From the NCBI GenBank assembly GCA_046052345.1, contig JBJOMN010000001.1, positions 8,535 through 72,534 on the forward strand: a stretch of 64,000 bases of DNA. The letters run 5' to 3'. How positions within the stretch are numbered: the stretch's first letter is position 1; every line of letters starts with the position of its first letter. Positions 9,371 through 19,397 of this stretch are shown here, in pieces. The notes under the pieces were generated by a model that was not told the DNA's origin, made no database searches, and was given only the letters and a program-made list of their open reading frames with translations. Source of the DNA: Bacteroidota bacterium (lineage in GTDB: Bacteria; Bacteroidota; Bacteroidia; AKYH767-A; 2013-40CM-41-45). The translations under genes and the position numbers were made by a program.

Positions 9371-11602
9371 TTATCCGTCGATCCTGTTAACGGTGAGTAT
9401 GCCGTGGACCTCCTTCAGTTTCTTGATGAGCTTGTCCAGATGATGAGTGTCGTTTACGAAGACCATGATCGTCCCTTCGAAGATGCCGTCGTTGGAGTCG
9501 ATGCTGATGCTTCGCATGTTCACCTTGAGGTCGCTGGAGATGACTTTTGATATCTTGTTCACGACGCCCACCTCGTCGATGCCGGTCATGCGGACACCGG
9601 CCAGGAAGGCGATCTCCTGTTGACCCGTCCATTTCGCCTTGACGATGCGGTAGGCATAGTTGGACATCAGCTGGACGGCATTCGGGCAATTCACTCGGTG
9701 TATCTTGATGCCTTCGCCGACGGTGATGAATCCGAAAACGTCGTCGCCGGGGATGGGGTTACAGCAGGGGGAGAGCTTGTAGTCGATCCGGTCCAGGTTT
9801 TCGCCCAGAACCAGCATGTCGCTGGAACCGCGAACCGTCTTCACCATCTGCTCCAGGGTCTGTTGCTCGTTGCGGACAGGTTGCTTGGAACGCAAGGAGC
9901 CGTTCTGGACGTCGAATTCGCGCAGGTCGTAGATGTCGATCAGACCTTTCGCAATGCGGTAATAGAGATCCAGAGGCGAGGGGACCCGGAAATGGGCGAG
10001 GAGTTCATTGATGTTATCCGTGGTGAAGTTCAGCTTGAGATGTTTGAACTTACGTTCGAGGATCTCCTTGCCGTCTTCTGCGAACTGCTTCTTTTCTTCC
10101 TTGAGCAGCGCTTTGATCTTGGATTTGGCTTTCGCCGTAACTACGAAGTTGAGCCAATCCTCCTTGGGGGTCTGTTTACGTGATGTGAGGATCTCGATCT
10201 GGTCGCCGCTGCGAAGACGGTGACTTAGCGGCACCAGCTTGTGGTTCGTTTTCGCGCCGATACACCGCGACCCGATATCGGTATGGATCTCGAAGGCGAA
10301 ATCAAGCGCGGTAGCTCCCGCCGGTAGGATTTTTATGTCGCCGGTTGGTGTGAAGACGAATATTTCATCTGCGAACAGGTTGAGCTTGAAATCGTCGATG
10401 AAATCCATCGCGTTCGATTCAGGGCTTTCCAACAGCTCGCGGATCTTCTTGATCCAGTCGTCCAAGGCTGATTCCGCCGAAGGCTCCTTGTATTTCCAGT
10501 GAGCGGCATATCCTTTTTCGGCGATGTCGTCCATGCGTCTGCTACGGATCTGCACTTCCACCCAGCGTCCGCCGGGACCCATCACGGTAGTATGAAGGGA
10601 TTCGTAACCGTTCGCCTTGGGCGTGGAGATCCAGTCGCGCAACCGGTCCGGATTCGGTGTGTAGAAATCCGTGAATACGGAATAGCACCGCCAGCAGGCG
10701 GATTTTTCGTCTTGCTCGTTCGCTTCGAGTATGATGCGCACCGCGAAGATGTCGTAGATCTCCTCGAATCCTACACCTTGCCGCTTCATCTTGTTCCAGA
10801 TGGATTGTACGGATTTGGTGCGGCTGCGTACTTCGTATTTTAAGCCGAGGCGGTCCAGCTCCTCCTTGACGGGTTCCATGAACTCGTTAATGAAACGCGT
10901 ACGCTCTCGTTTCGTCTGCTGCAGCTTCGAGGCGATTTCATTGTAGATCTCCGGCTCGGTATATTTCAAGGCAAGATCCTCGAGTTCCGTCTTGATCGAA
11001 TAAAGACCCAGCCGGTGTGCGAGAGGCGCATACAGGAATGCCGTTTCAGAGGCGATCTTCAGCTGCTTCTCCCTGGCCATGGAGTCCAGCGTCCGCATAT
11101 TGTGAAGTCGGTCGGCCAGCTTGATCAGGATCACCCGGACGTCGTCCGAAAGCGTAAGCAGCATCTTCCGGAAGTTCTCCGCCTGGATGGAACTTCCCTG
11201 GAGCACCACCCCGGATATCTTGGTAAGACCATCCACGATGACGGCGGCTTTCTCGCCAAAGGAACTGCGTATGTCGTCGAGCGTGAGGTGGGTGTCCTCG
11301 ACGGTGTCGTGCAACAATGCACAAACGATGGCAAGCGGCCCGAGACCGATTTCTTCCGCACAGATCTGGGCCACCGCTAACGGATGAAGGATGTATGGTT
11401 CGCCGGTCTTCCGGCGCATGTCCTTGTGGGCTTCCAGAGAAAGGTCGAAAGCCAGCCGGATCATCTGCTTATCGCCTTTACCCAGTGAGGGGCGAAGGGA
11501 GCGTAGCAGCGCTTTGTAGGCACGAAGTATCTGTTCCTTCTCGGCATCAGCTGCCGGGGAACTGTCTTTCACTGAGGCCGGTTTCTGCGGAATGTTTTCC
11601 AA
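9371..11602 (-). CDS. relA: Bifunctional (p)ppGpp synthetase/hydrolase (long RSH: HD, SYNTH, TGS, ACT)
   Basis: GEPYILHP, LLHDTVED, KLADRLHNMRTL, PKANGYESLHTT, EVQIRS, AAHWKYK, TGS domain, CC zinc-finger region, C-terminal ACT; TTG start. Confidence 0.96.
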   Translation of the reverse strand: MENIPQKPASVKDSSPAADAEKEQILRAYKALLRSLRPSLGKGDKQMIRLAFDLSLEAHKDMRRKTGEPYILHPLAVAQICAEEIGLGPLAIVCALLHDTVEDTHLTLDDIRSSFGEKAAVIVDGLTKISGVVLQGSSIQAENFRKMLLTLSDDVRVILIKLADRLHNMRTLDSMAREKQLKIASETAFLYAPLAHRLGLYSIKTELEDLALKYTEPEIYNEIASKLQQTKRERTRFINEFMEPVKEELDRLGLKYEVRSRTKSVQSIWNKMKRQGVGFEEIYDIFAVRIILEANEQDEKSACWRCYSVFTDFYTPNPDRLRDWISTPKANGYESLHTTVMGPGGRWVEVQIRSRRMDDIAEKGYAAHWKYKEPSAESALDDWIKKIRELLESPESNAMDFIDDFKLNLFADEIFVFTPTGDIKILPAGATALDFAFEIHTDIGSRCIGAKTNHKLVPLSHRLRSGDQIEILTSRKQTPKEDWLNFVVTAKAKSKIKALLKEEKKQFAEDGKEILERKFKHLKLNFTTDNINELLAHFRVPSPLDLYYRIAKGLIDIYDLREFDVQNGSLRSKQPVRNEQQTLEQMVKTVRGSSDMLVLGENLDRIDYKLSPCCNPIPGDDVFGFITVGEGIKIHRVNCPNAVQLMSNYAYRIVKAKWTGQQEIAFLAGVRMTGIDEVGVVNKISKVISSDLKVNMRSISIDSNDGIFEGTIMVFVNDTHHLDKLIKKLKEVHGILTVNRIDG

Positions 11603-11638
11603 ATCGTGACGGGGAGTGATTCTTCTCCCACCATAAAT

Positions 11639-12670
11639 TTACACATTCTGAGGCATTTTTTTCAGTGCCAGGATGGAAAAGTCCGTATCCTCTTTTCGGA
11701 TCGTGTTTTTCAGCATTCCTAAACCGCGAATCTCCATTTCCACCACGTCCCCGGGCTGCAACCACTGCACCTTGTAGGCCGGATCGTTCAGCAGTCCGGT
11801 GCCGTTCAACTCCAGGAAACATCCGGTACCGACGGTTCCTGAACCTATCACATCTCCCGGAAGGACGTCAACGCCGTAAGCACAGCGTTCGATGATTTCG
11901 GCAAAGGTCCAGTCCATGTCTTTCATGTTACCCTGTGATACGGTGACACCGTTCACTTTACACGTCATGGGCAGGTCGTAATTGGTGCCGGTGTGCCCCG
12001 GTTTGGCAGGAACCTTGAAACGCTCCAGCTCTTCAGGGGTCACCAGCCAAGGACCGATGACCGTACTGAAGTCTTTTCCTTTCGCCGGACCGAGATTCAG
12101 CAGCATCTCTTCCATCTGCAGGGTACGGGCACTCATGTCGTTCATGATCATGTAACCGGCGATGTATCCATCGGCCTCGGCAGCGCGTATGTTCCTGCCT
12201 TTTTTTCCGATCACCACGGCGACTTCCAGCTCGAAATCCAGCTTCTGGAAGTGGTCCGGCATGCAACGGATTTCGCCCGGGCCCTGGATGGCGTTGTGGT
12301 TCGTAAAATAGAAGATCGGATACTGGTCGAATTCTGCGATCATCGGGACCTTCCGGTTCCTCCGTGCGGCTTCCACATGCTGTCGGAAGGCGTAGCCGTC
12401 ACGGCAGGAAGTGGGATGCGGAACAGGCGCAAGCAATTGTTCGTTACCGACGGGTACGGCAGGAACAGAGATTTTTCCATTTGCCAATGCGGATTCGGCT
12501 TCCCGGGCAGCAGTCATGGCAGAGCTTCCGATGCGCAGGAAATCCGTCATATTTTCCGGAAGCTGCTCTTTTTCCAAGGCCTTCAGCGCACTTCCAAGGT
12601 GATAAATAGAACCGTCGACCACCAGGCCGATTCGGATAAGGTTAGAGTCGAGATAGGATACGAGTTTCAT
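11639..12670 (-). CDS. Fumarylacetoacetate hydrolase family protein
   Basis: RDGYAFRQH, LDFELEVAVVIG, NDMSARTLQ, KGKDF, GDVIGSGT; near hmgA. Confidence 0.9.
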   Translation of the reverse strand: MKLVSYLDSNLIRIGLVVDGSIYHLGSALKALEKEQLPENMTDFLRIGSSAMTAAREAESALANGKISVPAVPVGNEQLLAPVPHPTSCRDGYAFRQHVEAARRNRKVPMIAEFDQYPIFYFTNHNAIQGPGEIRCMPDHFQKLDFELEVAVVIGKKGRNIRAAEADGYIAGYMIMNDMSARTLQMEEMLLNLGPAKGKDFSTVIGPWLVTPEELERFKVPAKPGHTGTNYDLPMTCKVNGVTVSQGNMKDMDWTFAEIIERCAYGVDVLPGDVIGSGTVGTGCFLELNGTGLLNDPAYKVQWLQPGDVVEMEIRGLGMLKNTIRKEDTDFSILALKKMPQNV

Positions 12671-12731
12671 CGGATATCAGGAATGAGCCGCAAAAATACG
12701 CATTCAATGACGTATGGTGACCCGATAAATG

Positions 12732-12756
12732 AAAAAGGCCCCTTACGGAGCCTTTT
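12732..12756 (-). terminator. Intrinsic terminator of the T9SS cargo gene
   Basis: Minus strand AAAAGGCTCC-GTAA-GGGGCCTTTTT, about 22 nt after the stop at 12779. Confidence 0.75.
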
Positions 12757-12778
12757 ATTCGTTTGAAGTTTGCTGAAC

Positions 12779-15508
12779 TTACTCTACCACCAGACGCTCC
12801 TGATAGACATCGATTCCGTCGGTAGCGGTGATGAGGTAGAAGGCCGCCTGCCCCTCCTGTCTGTTCATCAAGCGCAACCTGAACGACCCGTTTTCAGAAT
12901 CATCGAGCAGGAAAGGAACTTCCCGTCCTATCGTGTCGTAGATTTTCACGGAGTACCGTCCGATGTCTCCACCCTCCAGTTTCAGTCGGATGTTCTGTCC
13001 GTCCGTAGGATTAGGGTAGAGGCTGAAATCGGCCTTGGAAAATCGTACGGCAACGGGGCCGTAGGTGACTGTTGTGCCGTCGAAGTCCGACTGTAACAAG
13101 CGATAATATGATACTCCACGGACGGGCTGGTCGTCGCTGTAGGAATACTCATGGCGTACCGAGCTGTTACCGTTGCCTGCCAGGGTGCCGATGGCGGTGA
13201 ATTCCTGCAGGTTGGTTGACCGTTCGAGTGTGAAATGGTCGCAGTTGGTCTCCGACTCGGTCGTCCATTTCAGCGAAACAGTATTTCCGACGGCGATTGC
13301 ATCGAAATCAACCAAGGATACAGGCAGGTAATTCCCTCCGCCCGGAGGATTCGCCAGCGAAAAATCTGTCGTGAAGTAGGTCGATCCTGTTTGCACAGGA
13401 TTGAACTGCGCGATATCCGACCGGATCCATCCTGAAACCAGGGAGCCGGTGCCCGTGATGTCTTGGCCTAAGTTCATCCAGCAGGAGGGATTCGGGTAGC
13501 TTTCCTGCGCAATGATGAGTGAATTCAGATCACTGACACCGTCATCCGGTCCGTAATGCATGGTGATTGAACCGCTCAGGAAACGGGATGTACCCATCCT
13601 TGTGAATTTCGTGTATCGTACGTTGGAGACGCTTGCGATGGAGGAGGGAAGGCAGGGAGGAAGCGTATTGGCCGGGATGTTGAAGACCTCTCCTTCATAC
13701 GTGACTGCATTGTTGTCGGCGTGGTTCAACTGTATTTCCACAGGGCGGAACGCCGCATCTTTGCCGATCGGGTAGAACTTCGTGGCCGACGTGGCAGCGA
13801 CCGTATGGATCATCGGTCCGTTCACATAGGCTGTTGTGTTTCCGGACGAGGTTGTGGCGTTGCTCTGGCAGATCAGTATGTTCAGCGAGGTGGTATTCAG
13901 TCTGCCGCTGGTCAATGAGACGAAATTGGAGACTTTCACCGGATATTGCAATGTGACGTGATTCGGATTGGCGATGTCCAGACGGTAAAACCCGATGGAG
14001 GCGCCGTTTGAGCCGGTGATACGCTGGGGAACCACAGCCCCGTTCGGCGGGAAGAACCGAACCGTGCTGGTTCGCTCCAGGAATATACCGGAGTTGGCGA
14101 ACGCCACACCGGAATTGGCGCCCTTGATGCTCATGATCCTGCCGTCGCCCGTGATACTGCCACTCACCGCACGCATGTCGAATTTTGCGGCTACACACAC
14201 CTGAAGACTCAGCACATTGAAATTCGAGGTGTTGCCCGTCACAGGCGCCAGTGTGGCTCCTCCGGACGGGTAGGGGGCTGCCACGACGATATGCGGCAGG
14301 GTGAAAGAGGTATTCGATCCGTTGTAGAAGGGAGAGAAAGTGAACGGTTTGGGAATCAGAGTCGACATCTGCCCGAACTGAACCGTACCGCCGGTAACGT
14401 TCACGGTTCCGTTCATTCCGCAGACGGAGAAGTCGGAAACGGAGTTGCCTGCAGCGCTGTTGGGTTTTACGAGCGTGATGTTGCCGCCGTTCATGGTGAA
14501 ATTGCTGCGGGATGCATCGCTTACGCAGAATACCTGGCGGCGTGTGCCGACACTTCCGCCGTTAAGCAGCAGGAAGCCGCCGAACATGCTGAACCTGAAC
14601 GGTTCGCCGGCCGAATAGAATCCGTATGTCACTCCTCCTTTTACCTGTATGCCTCCCGACGTGATGTTCAGGAACGGTGTCACGGAAGTGTCAGCACGGT
14701 CGTAAACGATTCCGCCGGTTCCGGTCGTATTTCCGACGTTCACCGTACCGCCGGTCACATGCAATTCCCCCTGCAGTGTCAGTGAATCCCCGGAAGTCGA
14801 AAAGCCCAGGGTTCCCGCCGGAACATGAAAGATGGCTTGCGGTCCGATAGTGTAATTCGCCGGCGCCGGAATATTGAACAATCCTGAGTTGTCGTGGATG
14901 TAGGTGCCTTTTTGTACCGTCAGGCTCCGAAGTCCGGATTCGAATCCACTGCTAAGGACGTCCAGTGTGTTGTTTCTTCCGGTCTTCGAAAGGATGACTT
15001 CCCCGAGGTTCCATGTGCCGAAATTGTTGATCCGGCTGTCGGTGCTGCCTGTGAAAACCAGTTTCGCGTTGTCGCTGTTCGTCACGAACAGAATGATCTG
15101 CCCGAGATTCGTGATGTTCCCACCCACTTCAAAGGTGTAGGATCCTGTCGTCGTGGACGCATACTCGATGCGGGTGGCAACCGTGACGTTACCGGTCACC
15201 TTCAGCGTGTAGGACCTTCCGGAAGAGGTGGCGAACTGTAACGCAGCTGCGCTCACATTGAGGTTGGCGCAGTAGCCGTTCGTATTGATCAATACCTGGT
15301 GCTGCACAGTCACGTTGTCCGAGGCAGTGGGAACCGATCCTCCCGACCAGGTCGACGGATTGTTCCAGTTGCCGGAAGCAGCCGAAGTGATGTTTGCAGC
15401 CGACGTCGTAGCCGTCTGTTGAAGGATTAACACGGCAAGTAGCCCGATTGCCGCCCAAAGGCTCGAGAGCGGTTTTTTGAAAATCTTGTAAAGCTTGTTT
15501 CTTTCCAT
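12779..15508 (-). CDS. Large T9SS type-A cargo protein (G8-like N-terminus, probable beta-helix body, LPV Ig-like domain, CTD)
   Basis: Signal peptide, TSAASGNWNNPSTWSGGSVP, G/N/T-rich beta-strand repeats, LPVSLVDFDA..W.T.SE.N..F..ERS module, SLYPNP...IYDTIGRE CTD. Confidence 0.82.
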   Translation of the reverse strand: MERNKLYKIFKKPLSSLWAAIGLLAVLILQQTATTSAANITSAASGNWNNPSTWSGGSVPTASDNVTVQHQVLINTNGYCANLNVSAAALQFATSSGRSYTLKVTGNVTVATRIEYASTTTGSYTFEVGGNITNLGQIILFVTNSDNAKLVFTGSTDSRINNFGTWNLGEVILSKTGRNNTLDVLSSGFESGLRSLTVQKGTYIHDNSGLFNIPAPANYTIGPQAIFHVPAGTLGFSTSGDSLTLQGELHVTGGTVNVGNTTGTGGIVYDRADTSVTPFLNITSGGIQVKGGVTYGFYSAGEPFRFSMFGGFLLLNGGSVGTRRQVFCVSDASRSNFTMNGGNITLVKPNSAAGNSVSDFSVCGMNGTVNVTGGTVQFGQMSTLIPKPFTFSPFYNGSNTSFTLPHIVVAAPYPSGGATLAPVTGNTSNFNVLSLQVCVAAKFDMRAVSGSITGDGRIMSIKGANSGVAFANSGIFLERTSTVRFFPPNGAVVPQRITGSNGASIGFYRLDIANPNHVTLQYPVKVSNFVSLTSGRLNTTSLNILICQSNATTSSGNTTAYVNGPMIHTVAATSATKFYPIGKDAAFRPVEIQLNHADNNAVTYEGEVFNIPANTLPPCLPSSIASVSNVRYTKFTRMGTSRFLSGSITMHYGPDDGVSDLNSLIIAQESYPNPSCWMNLGQDITGTGSLVSGWIRSDIAQFNPVQTGSTYFTTDFSLANPPGGGNYLPVSLVDFDAIAVGNTVSLKWTTESETNCDHFTLERSTNLQEFTAIGTLAGNGNSSVRHEYSYSDDQPVRGVSYYRLLQSDFDGTTVTYGPVAVRFSKADFSLYPNPTDGQNIRLKLEGGDIGRYSVKIYDTIGREVPFLLDDSENGSFRLRLMNRQEGQAAFYLITATDGIDVYQERLVVE

Positions 15509-15802
15509 GATTCAGTGGTTTAGCGCCATTTTGTGGTGCGTTCAGGTTTATCGGTCAGGGTATCGTTAATGTTGTGGAAGCTGCGGCCTTTTCTTGACCT
15601 TGTAAGAATCTGCCTCTAAATGACAATCCGTCACCGCCCGAGCGGGCCGATAAATCATTTTCTAGGCAAGATGCCCTTTAAAAGCCCTTTTACTCTTCCG
15701 CCAGATACTGTAAAGTCGGGGCCGGATTTTCTTTTTAGTTTCCCTAAATTTGCGAATAGGAGGGAGCAGCACTCAGTTTATCCCCCTTTAAAGCAGATTC
15801 AT

Positions 15803-16960
15803 ATGCCGAATTATCACAGCCTCGGAAGTTTCCCGGCCAAGCGTCACACCCAGTTTCGTAAGCCGGACGGTGGACTTTACGCCGAAGAGTTGGTCTCAAC
15901 GCACGGTTTTTCCAGCCTGTATTCCCTGATTTATCACTGCCATCCTCCTACACTTATCAAGGAGACCGGGGAGCCTTACTCGGTACAACCCAAAATCGCC
16001 TTCAAGCGTTCCCTGAAACATCAAAGTTTTGAAGGCTTTGACATTGCGCCGGCCGATGGATACATGGAAAGCCGTCAACCCGTTTTAGTGAACGACGACC
16101 TTCATATTTCTTTGGCGGCTCCCCGTTCCTCCATGAAGGACCACTTTTTCAAGAATGCGGATGCGGACGAATTGCTTTTCATACACAAGGGTTCGGGATC
16201 CCTCAGGACGATCTATGGCAAGCTCGACTTCGGCTACGGCGACTACATCGTCATCCCAAGGGGGACGATCTACCAGATATCTTTCAATGATCCGGATAAC
16301 CGTCTGCTGATCACCGAATCCTTCTCGGCGTTGGAAACCCCTCGCCGTTACAGGAACCCGTACGGTCAGCACGAAGAGCATTCACCCTTCTGCGAGCGCG
16401 ACATCCGCCGTCCTTCGGACCTGGAGACCTATGACGAGAAAGGGGACTTCAAAATCTTCATCAAGAAGGAAGGGATGATTTATCCCTATATCTACGCGAC
16501 ACATCCTTTCGACGCGATCGGCTGGGACGGATACCTGTATCCTTGGGCGCTATCCATCCACGATTTCGAACCGCTTACCGGCCGCGTGCATCTGCCACCT
16601 CCTATCCACCAGACCTTCGAGGCCAGGAATTTCGTCGTCTGTTCATTCGTACCCCGCATGTACGATTACCATCCTCTTTCCATCCCTGTGCCGTACAACC
16701 ACTCGAACATCGATTCCGACGAAGTACTTTATTATGTAGACGGCGATTTCATGAGCCGGAAGCACGTCACAAAAGGGATGATTACACTGCATCCCGGCGG
16801 CATCCCGCACGGACCGCATCCGGGAACCGTGGAGAAAAGCCTCGGTCAGAAGGAGACCAAGGAATTGGCCGTGATGATCGATACGTTCCGTCCGTTATGG
16901 GTGACGGAAGCCGGCGCCGCCATCATGTCCGACAATTATTACAAGTCCTGGGTAGAGTAA
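15803..16960 (+). CDS. hmgA: Homogentisate 1,2-dioxygenase
   Basis: NADADELLFIH, HPFDAIGWDG, HLPPPIHQTF, PYNHSNIDSDE, HPGGIPHGP, ELAVMIDTF. Start moved to MPNYH. Confidence 0.93.
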   Translation: MPNYHSLGSFPAKRHTQFRKPDGGLYAEELVSTHGFSSLYSLIYHCHPPTLIKETGEPYSVQPKIAFKRSLKHQSFEGFDIAPADGYMESRQPVLVNDDLHISLAAPRSSMKDHFFKNADADELLFIHKGSGSLRTIYGKLDFGYGDYIVIPRGTIYQISFNDPDNRLLITESFSALETPRRYRNPYGQHEEHSPFCERDIRRPSDLETYDEKGDFKIFIKKEGMIYPYIYATHPFDAIGWDGYLYPWALSIHDFEPLTGRVHLPPPIHQTFEARNFVVCSFVPRMYDYHPLSIPVPYNHSNIDSDEVLYYVDGDFMSRKHVTKGMITLHPGGIPHGPHPGTVEKSLGQKETKELAVMIDTFRPLWVTEAGAAIMSDNYYKSWVE

Positions 16961-16969
16961 GGAAGTTGT

Positions 16970-18274
16970 TCAGGCCAGACTGAACTTCTCCATCATCGCA
17001 TTCACTTTCTTCCTGACGGCGGCAAGCTTGGTGTCGTTGTCATGCGACATCAGCGCCTGGTCGATCAGGTCCACGATACGGATGCAATCCTTTTCTTTTG
17101 CCCCTCGGGTGGTCACGGCCGGAGTGCCGATCCGTATTCCGGAAGTGACGAAGGGGGATTTGTCGTCGAACGGCACCATGTTCTTGTTGACCGTGATATC
17201 CGCCTTTCCGAGCGTGGCTTCGGCCAGTTTGCCGGTCAGGTTTTTCGAGCGCAGGTCGATCAGCATACAGTGGTTGTCCGTGCCGCCGGATATGATATCG
17301 TAGCCTCTTTCCACAAACGCTTTCGCCATGGTCGAGGCGTTCTTTACCACCTGCACGCAATAATGCATATACCCGTCGGTAAGGTCTTCGCCGAAAGCTA
17401 CCGCCTTGGCGGCAATCACATGCTCCAGCGGCCCGCCTTGTGTTCCTGGAAATACGGCGCCGTCAAAGACTGCGCTCATCATTTTCGGCTCACCCTTGGG
17501 TGTCTTGTGTCCCCACGGATTCTCCTTGTCGCGCCCCATCAGGATCATGCCGCCCCGCGGTCCCCGGAGCGTTTTGTGTGTGGTCGTCGTAACGACGTCG
17601 CAATAGGGTAGCGGGTCGTTCAGTAATCCTCGGGCGATCAGACCGGCAGGGTGGGAGATATCGGCCAGCAGTAAGGCTCCGACCTCGTCGGCGATGCGGC
17701 GCATGGTTGCATAATCCCAGTCGCGGGAATACGAAGAAGCGCCTGCGATCATCAGTTTCGGGCGCTCTTTTCGAGCAACCGCTTCCATGGCGGAGTAGTC
17801 GATACGTCCGGTTTCCCTGGAGACGCCGTAGAAAACGGCACGGTAGGTCTTACCGCTGAAATTGACCGGAGAGCCGTGTGTAAGGTGCCCGCCGTGTGAA
17901 AGGTCGAAACCCAGAATCGTATCCCCGGGTTGCAGCAGGGCCAGCATGACCGCTGCGTTGGCTGTAGCGCCGGAGTGCGGCTGTACGTTCGCCCATGCTG
18001 CGTTGAAAAGCAGTTTAGCACGATCGATGGCGAGCTGTTCGATCTTATCCACTACTTCACAGCCGCCGTAATACCGCTTTCCGGGATATCCCTCCGCATA
18101 CTTGTTGGTGAGACACGACCCCATGGCCTGCATCACTTGTCGGCTGACAAAGTTCTCGGAGGCGATGAGCTCGATTCCGTTCTGCTGTCTTTTTTTCTCC
18201 TGACTGATCAGTCGGAAGACAGCGGTGTCTTTTTCGGTCTTTGTAACGGCACTTTTGCTTTTCTTGGTCGGCAT
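16970..18274 (-). CDS. glyA: Serine hydroxymethyltransferase
   Basis: [67 protein letters not shown]. Start set at MPTKK. Confidence 0.98.
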   Translation of the reverse strand: MPTKKSKSAVTKTEKDTAVFRLISQEKKRQQNGIELIASENFVSRQVMQAMGSCLTNKYAEGYPGKRYYGGCEVVDKIEQLAIDRAKLLFNAAWANVQPHSGATANAAVMLALLQPGDTILGFDLSHGGHLTHGSPVNFSGKTYRAVFYGVSRETGRIDYSAMEAVARKERPKLMIAGASSYSRDWDYATMRRIADEVGALLLADISHPAGLIARGLLNDPLPYCDVVTTTTHKTLRGPRGGMILMGRDKENPWGHKTPKGEPKMMSAVFDGAVFPGTQGGPLEHVIAAKAVAFGEDLTDGYMHYCVQVVKNASTMAKAFVERGYDIISGGTDNHCMLIDLRSKNLTGKLAEATLGKADITVNKNMVPFDDKSPFVTSGIRIGTPAVTTRGAKEKDCIRIVDLIDQALMSHDNDTKLAAVRKKVNAMMEKFSLA

Positions 18275-18305
18275 GCTAAGACGTTGATTGGATTGAATTT
18301 GATTT

Positions 18306-19298
18306 TCAGCCGAAATCGATTTCGGTGTTATCTCCAAGGTTCAGGGACTGGCTCATGCCACGCAGCGATGCATCGCTGCCGATTACTGAATGATGCAGCA
18401 CGGCATTTTCCAGTTGCGCATAAGAGCCGATGATCGAGTCCGACAGGATGGAGTAGTTGATGATCGTATTGTCGCCGATCGACACCTTGGGTCCGATAAT
18501 ACTGTTGCTGATGCGGCAGTTCGGGGCGATGCTTACGGGAGGTATGATGATGGTGTTGGGGAAATTCCTTGCAGGCGGTGCGGGTGCTTCTTTCTGTAGC
18601 AGGACTGCATTGGTTTCCAGCAAACTCTCCTTGTTGCCGCAGTCGTACCAGTTTTCGACCGGGAAGGTGGAAAAAATTTCGCCTCCGCGAATCATGACTT
18701 CGATGGCATCGGTGAGTTGGAATTCATTGTAACTGCGGATGTTTTCGGAGATATTCCGGTCCAGCGCCTCCATCAGCTTCTTGCCTTCCTTGATCTTGTA
18801 CAGTCCTACCAGTGCGAGATTGGATTTCGGGATGGAGGGCTTTTCAACCAGCCTGCGTATGTTGCCGCTTTCGTCTACTTCGGCGACTCCGAAATTCCGA
18901 GGGTCCTCCACGCGCTTGACGCCGAGTGTCGACCCCGGGAAGGAAACGATGCTTTTCAGATCCACATCGAATACCGTGTCACCGAGTGCGATCATCAGTT
19001 CGTCGTCCGTGCGGACCAGGTCGCGGGCAAGCCAGACCGCATGCCCTGTGCCCTCTCTGGGCTCCTGCAAAAGGAAAGTGGTTTGAAGGAAGGGGTAATT
19101 CGCGCGTATATATGCCTCCACCTTATCGCCCAGATAGCCGATGATGAAGATGAAATCGGTCATTCCGGCTCTTACGAGACTGTCCACGATGTGGGAAAGT
19201 ATCGGTTTGCCGGCAACAGGAACCAGCGCCTTCGGCTGTGTATGGGTATGCGGCCGGAGCTTGCTCCCTATGCCTGCGACGGGGATGATGACTTTCAT
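18306..19298 (-). CDS. Sugar-phosphate nucleotidyltransferase with C-terminal hexapeptide repeats (long-form glucose-1-P thymidylyltransferase-like)
   Basis: [36 protein letters not shown]-terminal I-G/I-I hexapeptide repeats. Start moved to MKVIIP. Confidence 0.9.
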   Translation of the reverse strand: MKVIIPVAGIGSKLRPHTHTQPKALVPVAGKPILSHIVDSLVRAGMTDFIFIIGYLGDKVEAYIRANYPFLQTTFLLQEPREGTGHAVWLARDLVRTDDELMIALGDTVFDVDLKSIVSFPGSTLGVKRVEDPRNFGVAEVDESGNIRRLVEKPSIPKSNLALVGLYKIKEGKKLMEALDRNISENIRSYNEFQLTDAIEVMIRGGEIFSTFPVENWYDCGNKESLLETNAVLLQKEAPAPPARNFPNTIIIPPVSIAPNCRISNSIIGPKVSIGDNTIINYSILSDSIIGSYAQLENAVLHHSVIGSDASLRGMSQSLNLGDNTEIDFG

Positions 19299-19397
19299 GG
19301 TGGGTAATTTGGATGCATCGGGAACGGCATCCGGACTCAAAAGTATTACTTTTGAAAGGTAAACTCCTGTCTCTAACGTCCGGAATTTACCGATCCC

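Noticed and set aside
15509-15802. One of the largest intergenic gaps (294 bp) as a possible riboswitch or sRNA
   Set aside because: No recognisable aptamer or strong terminator by eye; adequately explained by divergent promoters (TAAATTTG before hmgA). A covariance-model search would be needed to exclude it fully.
17380-17400. GlyA reads AFGEDL where AFxEA is usual
   Set aside because: A single substitution outside the catalytic motifs; it could be a variant or base-call error and is not evidence of pseudogenisation.
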